A DNA stretch of 41,418 nt from Moniliella sp. 'wahieum'. Its lineage: Eukaryota. Shown here piece by piece: positions 1 to 10,585 of this stretch. Below the pieces are notes generated by a model. That model was given only the letters and a program-made list of their open reading frames with translations, did no database searches and had not been told where the DNA came from. Position 1 is the stretch's first letter. Every line of letters begins with the position of its first letter. The translations under genes and the position numbers were made by a program. The DNA lies in NCBI GenBank assembly GCA_003971905.1, contig RSEE01000013.1:930001-971418 (forward strand), written 5' to 3'.

Positions 1-965
1 CCAGACGAAAATCAAGGCGAGAAACCAGGAGTCGAGAACATGTACAGAGTTTGAGAGTTTTATAGACGAGAGCGATAGGCGAGAAGAAGAAACTGGTCTC
101 GTAGATTGTTTTGTGTACTTTAGAGATGGTAAGAGAAGCCGAGGCGAGAAGCGGGAGCAATGATCAATAGGAGTAGAAGTGGCTATGCAAGGCGACTTGG
201 TCGCCGTTCCCGTCCCCGTCCCTGGTACCACCTTGCATATTCGTCAAAATAATGTGGAGAGGCAACTCTCCCCTTCGTGCGCTTACTTGCCCGCTCTGAC
301 TTGGTCCCTCCGCTTCTACAGCTGCCCGCCTCGCAACTCTCGAGCTGATCCACCATCCAGAATTCTAGCCAGCATCCCAGTGCCCCGAAGTCATTCGCAG
401 CCTCAGTTGCAGCTTCAATGCCAGCTCCGCCTCCAGTCTCATAGTCTGAGCAGCGTTGTCCCCCGCTCTCTCGCCCTCTCGTCGCAGGGAAAAGCAACGG
501 CTTCAGACAGACCACTAGTACGTTCAAAAAGCGATGCCTTTTGCAGCCTTAATAAACACACGCTCAAGCATCCCCTAGACACCAAAAAGTCTCTCTATAG
601 TTCCAAGCTCCGCTTGGCGCCGCCCCCCAAACCCACACACAAAACTATCGGGAGTCGAACCTTCTCTCTCTTGTATCCCTTTAAACCCCAGCTGTCCCCA
701 AGGCTGAGGCCAGGCGTAATACCACACATACATGCAGTACTGGATGACAACACGCGGTCGTACCCACTGTTTGGGACCCTACTTACGGTAGTAATAATCC
801 CTAGTATATACCTTGGATGGTCCACACGTTCGCCGTCCACCCTTCCGTTGTCTATCACTGTTCCTTGCCCACGGAGGGCGTGAGAGGAGAGAAGGGTAGG
901 GCATGGGCTCTGCACATTGCGTCGGTAAAAGGCGGAAACGTTGACACGGTTGACTACATATATAT

Positions 966-1997
966 CACTAGAAGACCACCGGGCCTACGGCCCGGTCAGC
1001 TGGGGCTTCGCCCCAGCTTGATGCTTGGTGCACCGTCGCCATCTTAGCCACCGGGTCCGCCCCACCGTAGCCACCGTTCCCCCCATCGCCACCTTAGCCA
1101 CCGGTCCACCGTTCCACGCTGGAGAGCGGAATAGTATTCACCACTACGCCTTGGGCAGAATTTTATCACCCATGTGCAGCAGCGTGAACTGGAACGTGGC
1201 GGGTGGCACACTTACCACATAATCTTGTGCTGGGGTCAGGAAAAAATGCCCCAAATGTGACGCCACATGGTGTAGTGGCGCCGGTAGCCCAAGTCCGGAA
1301 CCTTCTGGTTTGTTCCGTGCAATATTCCTTCTGGCTGGCAGGAATATTCTAGCCTCTGTAGCTCATCTCCCTTTGAATTCATATCATTGACAGAGCTTAA
1401 GGCTGGGACAGGGGGAACGCTACGTCTAAACCGAACCGTTCATCTTGCGGGGGTACTTGGAAGCGCCACCAAGATTAAGGGACCAGGGGGATCGCCAGGA
1501 TATCAGGACCCTCCGGCTCACGCCATCCGGTCCCGTACCCTAGGAAGCGCGTGTGGACACGGAGGAACGTGGTTGACATACGAGCGAGGAACCATTTCCA
1601 CTGAGCCTTAGTAGCCAACTCCTTCCAATGCGCAAACAACTTGCCCGCCGTCTTGGTGCCGTAGTATCCTCGCGTATATCGCAGACCCCCTTTTTCTTTA
1701 CGTCATGCTTACCTATTTGTTTGCGCGGGCGGAATGCGCACCCCACCCCGGCGTGCTCAGCCATGCACATCTCCCTTTTTATATCGCAGACCCCCTTTTT
1801 TCTTTACGTCATGCTTACCTATTTGTTTGCGCGGGCGGAATGCGCACCCCACCCCGCGTGCTCAGCCATGCACATGGGTGATAAAATTCCTCCAGCGTGG
1901 AACAGTGGAACGGTGGCTAAGGTGGCGACGGTGCACAAGCACCAAGCTGGGGCGAAGCCCCAGCTGACCGGGCCGTAGGCCCGGTGGTCTTCTAGTG
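966..1997. mobile_element. Non-autonomous TIR element (MITE-like) with twin-hairpin termini; superfamily unresolved
   Basis: 966-1020 (CACTAGAAGACCACCGGGCCTACGGCCCGGTCAGCTGGGGCTTCGCCCCAGCTTG) is the exact reverse complement of 1943-1997. The match extends to ~88 nt with 3 differences, and further inverted blocks reach ~1178 on the left and ~1868 on the right. No transposase-like ORF inside. Flanks are AT-rich (tacatatatat / ttataaat). Confidence 0.85.
1675..1875 (+). repeat. ~96-bp near-identical direct duplication inside the TIR element
   Basis: TATATCGCAGACCCCCTTTTT...GTGCTCAGCCATGCACAT occurs at 1675-1770 and 1780-1875, differing by a T-run length and one G. Confidence 0.95.
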
Positions 1998-4142
1998 TTA
2001 TAAATCGCGCGCTTTCCTCGACTGTATAATCACGACTACTGTGACTGTGACGTCATGCCACTTCTTCCCCCGCTTTTTGCTCGCCCCCCATCACAAGCTC
2101 TCGGATAAGGGTATTGCCTTTAAGCTTTACAGACCCAGAGCATTGAGCCAAACACCGGTCCTTCGCTTCTGCATACCGTGAATCTCGCAGCAGCCAAATC
2201 CAGAGAGAGGACGGCTCGTCTCGGCTCCGGCACGCGGAATATAGTGCGACATTTTGTCAATAGGTAGAGTATAAAACTGCGAGTGTTGATGATTACTTTG
2301 ATCGGCACATTAATCGTTGATGACGTCCTCGATGACGCGACACGCGTCATGCATCATGCGGCACGTTGAACTTGAGTATAGCGGGCGGATTGTGCCTCTA
2401 CACGCCCCCTCATGCGGCTATTAGTTCGCCGTGTATCGCCATCCTCTTGCCTCCTTGGATCGATTTGCTCACAGACCCCTCGTTCTGACATGTGTCATGT
2501 GTTGAACGTTGACGTGTGTGGAGCAGGGTGGAGCAGTGTCTATTCAGGAACGAAGAAGCTCGGCTCCGTCCATCTACCGCCCATCCAAACAGTCATATCC
2601 ATAATGCACCGGTGGCACTAAAATCACACACTCATGACCCATTGTATACTGTTGCGCGAGGTGTCTCTTACATATGTTGTCATGCATGTCAGTGTAGTGA
2701 GATGAGAGTCCCCTCCAGGCCCCGCCTTGGCTTGCGCACCACGCAGATGAGATGCGGGGAGAATGGGGAGCCGGTGCTCGGTGCTCGGTGCCCAATGTGC
2801 CGGTAACCGGTAAGGCAGGTGCGTGCGGCCGGTGGCCGATAGGTGGGGATTGGACAGGGCTAGTAGACGCTTGTCCGACTAAGGTCCCCGGCGCTCGGTG
2901 CCGAGTAACTACTAGAGTGATAATAGCTTCTAGCTTAAACGTTTAAACTAGCACTGCGACACTGGGCCACGGCATGTCTCGGCATCAACGACGGAAAACG
3001 CCACTGCTTGGGATGGTTTCTGTAGATGATTGAGATGATGGTGGTGGATACTCGAAAATCGGACCCCTCCCGAGGCCACCACAGATCCACCTTCGACCTG
3101 CCTCATTGTCACGTGCCAGACTACAAGCGGCCAAGCACCATGCCATGTGCCATCACATCCATGTGACTGATATATGATTGGGTGTGAAATTCAGGAAACG
3201 TCCATGTGCAAACCCTAACAGTATCCACTGCCCTGGTGCTTCTAGAGTCCATCCTGTGCTGCGATCGGTAGTCTCAGGTCCGAGACAGGCATCTGGGATC
3301 TAGCTCTAGAGCCTATGCCACTTGTCACAGTCAGGTCTCAGAGCTTGTCCTCCCTTGGTACCTTCGTGGCCAGGGTGCTTGGCACGTGATGGTGTCAAGC
3401 ACCAGTGGTGCTCAGCTGGTCCCTGTTGGCCCACGACGCCAAGCACAGCGATCGGTGTATCGCGCATGCTGTACAGTGCTGCACAGTACGTCATCCGTCG
3501 TCATGCATCATGCACGTCATGCGCCCTCTGAGCGTCCGAACTCCACGAGTGCCACACGCTCCAGGGTGTGATCTCGCTGTTACATGTTATCGATTATCGA
3601 TGTCATCTATCAACGGCAACCGCCAAGGTCCAAAATCCCGCGTGTAGCCTGGTATAGCCTTGTGCAGCACATTTCACACGAAGATGGCGGCGGTAAAGCC
3701 GATTAGCCTGGAAAGGAATCCGCAAGAGCTGGGGACACAGCTGCGGGGCAAGCGAAGGGAGCAGAGTACCGACAGAAATGAGGGGACTGGAAAAGGGCGA
3801 AGCGGATCAGAGTTACCTCTTGTTGCTCATAATTCGGTACCCTGTTCAATACGTTCAATGCGCGAAGTACTTGTGTAGTCCAAACCTAAATTCACACGAC
3901 GTTTTTTATTACTTAGTTTCTACTAGCTCGATCGCCTGCTCTCGACTCTCGCTTGTGCAGACGCTCGCTTCTTTTTTGGTGCGGATGATTGATCCGTCGT
4001 TGTCACCACAATCAGTACCACTTAGTGCACGCTACGTCAGCGTGTCAGCTGTTTTGTGTGAGGGCACCGTGCGGAGTGATCTAGTGACCGGATCGACCAT
4101 CGGGCGCAGCATCGACATCGACCATCGCCTGTGTCTCCAAAC

Positions 4143-4206
4143 TCAAGTACTCAAGCTTCAAGCTCTTCAAGCTCTTCAAGCTCTTCAAGCTCTTCAAGCT
4201 CTTCAC
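4143..4206 (+). repeat. TCAAGCT / TCAAGCTCT tandem repeat
   Basis: Read directly: tcaagct followed by about five tcaagctct units. Confidence 0.9.
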
Positions 4207-4322
4207 GGCTATCTAGATTGGCTTTTCAGTTTTCTTCAATGGATCATCGATCACATGTCACATGTCACACTACCAAATTGACGATCGAGGGGCGGAGTGA
4301 CCATAGTGACTAATGCGCGAGG

Positions 4323-4387
4323 CTAGTGACTAGTGACTAGAGTGACTAGAGTGACTAGAGTGACTAGTGACTATGTGACTAGCGACT
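4323..4387 (+). repeat. TGACTAG / TGACTAGAG tandem repeat
   Basis: Read directly: mixed 7-mer and 9-mer units. Confidence 0.9.
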
Positions 4388-5919
4388 ATGTATAGTGGCT
4401 CAGCGCTAAATGAGAACCGTTGAACTTCAACACGTTGAGAGCGTGACGTGAGTGATGCAAGGGCTAGAGCCACCAGGCTCCACCGCGTGTGGCGAAGAGC
4501 GAGAGCTGTGCGAGGATGTGGTGGGAGCAGGATGGTGTGGGCATAGAAGGGAACAGACCATAGCACAGATGGTGACATGCGTCTTCAAGTCCAGCTTCAA
4601 GCTTCAAGGTTCAGGATTATACGAAAGAGCGCGTTAAAGCGTCAACTTGTTCAACGTTCAACGTGTTCAACGTTTAACGTACTCAGTACTCAAAACACAA
4701 ACCTCAAACTCAAGCTTCAAGCTTCAAGACTCAACAGTCCAAAAACGTTCAACGCGTCGAAGGAACCGAGATCAATTAGAAGCCTCGGCCTGAGGTCACC
4801 GGTCACAGGTCAAGCCGGTCAGGCTCTGGCCTCAGCCTGAGGCCTGAGGGAATTTCTTCCCCCACACATCACATCACGCGCCACACTTCCAGCGGAACCT
4901 TGCCCAGGCAGGATAGGGCACACTAGTACAATTGTTCGGACCTGTCCGAAAAGCATAGGCCATACGGCATGTGACATGTGACAAGAGGCGACAAAGTGAC
5001 ATGTGACAGTGACAGACGGCAGCACCCCGTACCTGCCTCATACATCCCAGACTTCCCGGAGGGTACGGAACTCGGTACTTCAATGTCATACGTCACATGT
5101 CACATGATGCATGACAAGTCACATCTCCCTCATCGCGCTTCTATGCCATGTAGCAAGGAAGGTGGAAGGTGTGTGAACGTTGAACGTTGAACGTTGTGAA
5201 TAACGCGCATGCGAACACAGCCGCTGCATACTGCCAAACAGTGTTGATGTGATGCTTTGAAGAGACTGGTACGCACGACAGCAGGAAACTTGGGGAACTC
5301 AGGCGGAGTCCCCACCCTCTCAGGCAGAGCGCTTAATGAACTCTCAGGGACCCAGTGACTCTGCTGGAGTACTCTCGGTATCGGCCGTACCGCGTACCCA
5401 GCCTGAAGTGCTCGTGCTCAGCTGGAGCGGTCTCGGCCTCAGTACTCGACTCAGCGCGCTCAGCGGCTCAGCGCGAGGAGCTTAACAGCCATTTTAAAAT
5501 GATTGAAACGTCCCCGACTCCATCCATCCCATCCCCTCAGTCTACCAACTGCCACACTCGCCATCACCTGTATCACGCACTACAATGACCACCTTTCTCC
5601 CGGGGCATTGTCTTCCTCGATCAAGTGATCGTTTTAATCCCCGACACGGGGAAGATCCCTGTCCCATCCCCCCCTGTCCCCTGGACATATGTGTTCCTCA
5701 TAGTTACAGAGCGTGAAACTTCTCAAGCTTTCCAGTTGAAGCCATATAGCCTTTGAATTTGTTTTTATAGAGGGTGCTATCCCCATTCCAATTTGCGATC
5801 GACCGTCTTTACCCAGCCTTGCCCCCAGACATCCATTGGGGATCGTTGAAGGCGTGAGTCGTTTCCCATTTACGTCTCCTTTGAATCCAACTGACGCGCC
5901 GCTATTCAGTAAAAACAAC

Positions 5920-6900
5920 ATGACCACTCTCCTTCCCTTCGGTGCCAATCCTCTGGGCCCTCCGACATTCGAACCGATCTCCTGCTGATGATGTTGCGTG
6001 GGACACTTTTCTCGGGATCAAATCTACCCCGTCGCTCTTAGAACAATCAGGGCAAATGTGGCACACCTCACTCCCACTTTCTATTTATAATACCAGCCCT
6101 TCTGTCCTCGCACAGGGCCCAGTCTCTCCCCAAAGCACCCGATCCAACACCCCTCCACTTCTCTCTCCTGAGAGCCCGACCTGGTCCACGGACTGGACCG
6201 TCAGCCAGCTTACTCCATGCTCGTCCGCTACTCCAGCCACTTCTACCCCAAAGGTGCTCAGCCCTTCCCCCAAGCCACATCCATGCCAAGAAGAAGAAGA
6301 AGCCGTTGGGGCGCAATTTTGTCTGTACCATCTGCGGCACCGCCTTTGCCCGCAACCATGTCTTCGTCGTCATGGTATCATCCACAAAGCCATCAAGCCT
6401 CACTCATGTTCATCGTGCCACAAACAATTCTCTCGCAAAGACGCTCTCCATCGTCATTTGACCGTTAAAACAGGCTGCCTGCGGGCCCGCAAGGCGCTAC
6501 TAGCCCACGCCTCCTCCCTCCTGGGTCCATCAGCATTGACTGGGGCAAGGAAGGGAACATCACCAACCCCTCTCCTGCACACCCCAACATCTGCCACCTT
6601 CATCCCTTGCCCCCGACTTGATTATTCCAGCACAAGTATCCTATCAGATTTCGCACGGGCTCCACTCGCCTATTCCAGTTCACAGCCTCCCATCCCCTCC
6701 TGACTTCGTCTCTATCACCCCTACCCGCATCTTTCTGGACCTCTCCCCAGGCTTTCCCACCGAACAGACCAGCGTCTGGATGCCCCTCTTTGGGATCATT
6801 CACTGTTTATTTCGTTTCCCAACCCGGAACCGTCTTTTCCTGCGGAGCACGACGCGTTTCCCCTTTTCAGTGGGACTGAAATCTCGCTGAAAGCAGGGAC
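5920..6900 (+). CDS. C2H2 zinc-finger transcription factor (two fingers); frameshifted, both ends uncertain
   Basis: Joining frames across a 1-nt gap at ~6360 gives FVCTICGTAFARNH(D)LRRHGIIHKAIKPHSCSSCHKQFSRKDALHRHLTVKTGC (6318-6478), two C2H2-type fingers preceded by a KKKK basic patch. An ATG at 5920 follows an A-rich context. The 3' end is not resolvable. Confidence 0.75.
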
Positions 6901-7866
6901 AAGACCGCTATAATACTTGGGCCTCACTCCACCCATCACACCTGATTCACACCGCACTCTACATTAATGTGTCTTCGACCTTCTCTAAATTTCATCCACG
7001 TTGCTTGCTCTGGTGTACCGCCCCTCCCTTCAGTCGGGCACAACACCACCCCTCCCACTCGAGGACTAATTCGTTCCTGCCTTGCATCCACTTCCCATTC
7101 AATTACCGTCGTGCTATTTTTGGACCATCAGTCGTGTTATTATGGACCTTCTCCCTGTTCCTCTATTCTAATCACAGTGTCTTATTTTGTCTCCACCTTG
7201 CCTGTTCTCATCCTCTAATCTTGTACTGCATCAGCGCATTCACGTCCAAATTGCTCTCATATACATTAGGGCACCATTCGGTACTGTAGTGCTATACACT
7301 GTCATGGGGAGGGCCTCGAGGTGGGACCCCCCCTGTAGTTTAGGGGTACAAAAACCCTTAGACAGGTCAATCAGTGTCTCGTACGTTAGGTCCTACTCCA
7401 GATCCTGGTTGAGCCGAGAGGGGTGTAGAGGCGAGATGGAGAGACCCTCTAATTTGGGTGGCTGCCTGCGTGCCCAAACGCCGCAGTTCAGACCCTCCGA
7501 GGTAGGAGCCGCGTACGCAGGTCGTTAGACCAGTTGAAGGGGTCCAGGAGCTCCGACGTTACTCTGTTCCTCGCAACGTTACCACACTCGGTACGCAGTA
7601 GTAGGCGGGAACAGACAGTCCTAAAGAAGAGCAAGCGCTACTGATGAGAGTAACCGCGGCTTGCAGTGCACTCGACATAAGTCGTAAATTCGTAAGCGTA
7701 AGGGTGGTAGAAGGTGAAAGGGCGAGAGAGGAACTGGTACACAGCGGATTAGCAAAACACGTCGCAAATGTTCAAGATGTAAAATACCTTCAAAAACGTC
7801 GGAAGAGTAGTATTTTGTTTGGCGACGTGCAAACCAGTCACGCGCGTCACGCGCTGCAGGTCTGTT

Positions 7867-7940
7867 ACGTCCTCGACGTCATCCCCTTGAACGTCAGATA
7901 CGTCCTCGTTGTCACCCCTTGAACGTCAGAAACGTCGTTG
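7867..7940 (+). repeat. ~33-bp imperfect tandem duplication
   Basis: ACGTCCTCGACGTCATCCCCTTGAACGTCAGAT is followed by ACGTCCTCGTTGTCACCCCTTGAACGTCAGAA and a partial third unit. Confidence 0.8.
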
Positions 7941-8321
7941 ACGTGTCCATGGGAGACGTATCCTACGAATCTGATCCTCCTATGCTCGCTCTCCCTGGGT
8001 TACTATTTGTTACATTTTTATACTACTACTCATTTGCACCATCGAATGCTGTGCAATCCCGCACTGCCAGCCATTGGATGTGCATCGGATGTCATCGATA
8101 TCCGCGTATTCGTCGTTTCGACACAGGGACGTCCAACGTTACCAAGATGACACCGGGCACACCGGGTCGCGTCCAATAAGCCAGCTGCAACACCGGACAC
8201 TGCATCAGCAGGCATCATTCGTTCACCATGCGCTCCGGCGCGAAGCACGATCTCAGCTGGTTTCAACCGGCGAACGCTGGCCACCATCTCTACTGGTCCA
8301 CATCTGACATTAATATGTCAA

Positions 8322-8385
8322 ACTGGGAGACCACCGGGCCTACGGCCAGGTCAGCTGGGTGCACTTCGCCCTCCAGCTCGCGATG
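8322..8385 (+). mobile_element. Degenerate copy of the terminus of the 966-1997 element
   Basis: ACTGGGAGACCACCGGGCCTACGGCCAGGTCAGCTGGGTGCACTTCGCCCTCCAGCT aligns to ACTAGAAGACCACCGGGCCTACGGCCCGGTCAGCTGGGGCTTCGCCCCAGCT with a few substitutions and indels. Confidence 0.8.
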
Positions 8386-9002
8386 TGTGCCAAGCGAGTT
8401 GCCAAGCCACAGACGGCCTGTGCTCTAACTATACAAACGCGTATGTTGGCACGGTCACCTTTACCTCTATACTGTAGTCGGGGGAGACCAAAGATATAGG
8501 AGATAGGAGTCGACCAGGACACACACCTAGCAAGCCTTCGAATGGCTGCTATATACAGCAGAAGGAACCAGGCCTCAAGTGCCTCACGACAGGTATAGAC
8601 AGAAAGCGGGGGCACTTTCCAAAAATGTAAAGACTAATGCAAGCCCGTGCTCTCCAAGGTGCTGACGCTGCGTAGTCGGACGCGGCAGGAAGGGTTCTGT
8701 CAAGACTGGATGCAATGGGCACAAAGCATCGCACCGATAAGCCCATGTGACCATGGCGGGCCGCGGATGATATCCGCAGCATGGATCAGGTGTCGACTGG
8801 CTCTTCTCGCTAGTCTACTAACATGTAACAGGACTGACGCGTGGTGGGCTGAGATGTCTACGACATGCGGGCTCAGCGTCCGGAGATAACCGGAGCGCCC
8901 CGTAACATACACCATTCAGGATTCTCAACTAGTGTGTCCTTAATCATTCGCGTTGCCAACTATCAGCTCCTCAGCTGGAGTGCTATTTCCACCGGAGTTC
9001 AA

Positions 9003-9040
9003 TGAACCTTGAAGCTTGAAGCTTGAAGCTTGAAGCCTGA
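9003..9040 (+). repeat. TGAAGCT heptamer tandem repeat
   Basis: tgaacct-(tgaagct)x3-tgaagcc-tga. Confidence 0.9.
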
Positions 9041-10585
9041 GGGGGAGCGGCGATGAGAAGAGATGAGCGGGACCGACATACTCATGCCATGAAGCAATTT
9101 CCACCGGGCCTGGTCTTCGTATAATGCGTTTTGCACTGATGCATGACAATAGTAGGGTACAAGCTTGTGGTGATCACAAGTGCGCATTGGACAAGTCGTG
9201 CTGAAGAGTCCCATCGGGGGATGGTTTATCGACACATGCTTATACCACTTGATTCGTATCTTAGTACTCGCGCTAAATCCGCGGTTTAAAAAGCGAATGG
9301 AGGGAGTCGGAGGGTCCTGACACCTGCAGTGTTGTGGGCAGTCCATTGGCCTCTTGATAGTTGGGTTGGTACGACTTGGCAGCCCACTCTGGACGAGCGA
9401 GGCTGATAGGCGCAGCCTTAAGCATGGAAAGTGATACTATGGGGTGCAGCAGTCTTCGGGTTTATTACTAAAATGCAATCCGTACGCTGCCAAATGTGAA
9501 TCTGCTGCCCAAGAGGGGGACTGTGCTATAGATTCGGGATACGAGGCTGTGGGCCAAAAGTCAGATGTGTCCCCCTACGAAGGCATCTTCCCACACGCAA
9601 CTATAAGAGGGTGGCATAGAATACAAAGCCAGATGCGAATGCGCTCTGAAAAAGTAGTATATGCGAGGGGCTTTGGGCGATTTCTGGCGTAGTCGATACT
9701 ACTATAGAACTGGCCAGCTGGTGGGATGCGGGCGAGGCGATGTGCCACCAGAACACGGTAGTGCGTCTGGCGAGAATATATTGTTGATAGATATTTGACT
9801 TTCCGTCCTGTACACCCACAACTTGTCCCAATGCGTGTTGCGTTATGCCGTGAGCGTTCTGAATTCACGGTTTGTAGATGCCATTGGGAGCCAGAAAAGA
9901 AAGAAGCTGCCACAGTTTAGGTGTTGACGTCGATGGCTGCCGCCCGTCCTAGAAGAGCTCAAGGGTTACTAACGAGCAGTCATCAGTGTAGAGTATTACT
10001 AGTAGTGAAGAGAGAGTCGATGATCGATGAAGCTTGAAGAGCGTGGATCAGAAATCCGTTTCAGACTGTGAAACGGGATGTTCGACACCAGCAAATCCCG
10101 TGTCCGGGCTCTATAGAGACAGCGTTTCCCTCGCCGCCGTTCATCGGGTGTGGAGATGTATATTCTGCCGTTCTCGCGGTGCTGAGAAGGTGAAAGAGAG
10201 TCGGAGAACAGGCAGACGTAAACTCCCGCCTGGTCCGTGCATTCTCGCATTTGCCTTCGTCTGTACAGCGCAGCGGAGATGTGCCACATGGTGAGACTGG
10301 TTGGGCTGGTAACGGATGACAATGAGAACACTGACCCGTGCAGCCGAGCACAGGAAGATTAAAACGAGGCACTATAGCAGTGTATCCAGGCCGCGGACTC
10401 CTGGTCGGTTTGTTCCGGGCGCCGGAGGGCGGAGAAAAGCTGTGAGAGCGCTGAGCGCGTGACAACTCCGGGAAGAAACGCACCCCGCCCGAGCGAGGGG
10501 CTGCTTGCCCATAACCTTCAAAGGGGTCATTCATTGTTCCCCATCGACCATCCTTCTTCCCACCACCCCTTCGCTCCTGCGCCAC

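Noticed and set aside
179..883. 234-aa ORF at the window start
   Set aside because: Non-ATG start, low-complexity Ser/Pro/Leu translation and no recognisable motif.
4143..4387. Short tandem arrays as CRISPR or telomeric repeats
   Set aside because: Eukaryotic context, no unique spacers, no cas genes and not TTAGGG-type arrays.
10415..10432. CCG..CGG motifs upstream of LEU1 as Leu3 sites
   Set aside because: Spacing is N5, not the CCG-N4-CGG consensus, and such triplets are common at this GC content.
1..10500. Gene-poor region as a centromere or mating-type locus
   Set aside because: No retroelement cluster, pheromone/receptor or homeodomain genes seen; nothing in the sequence supports either.
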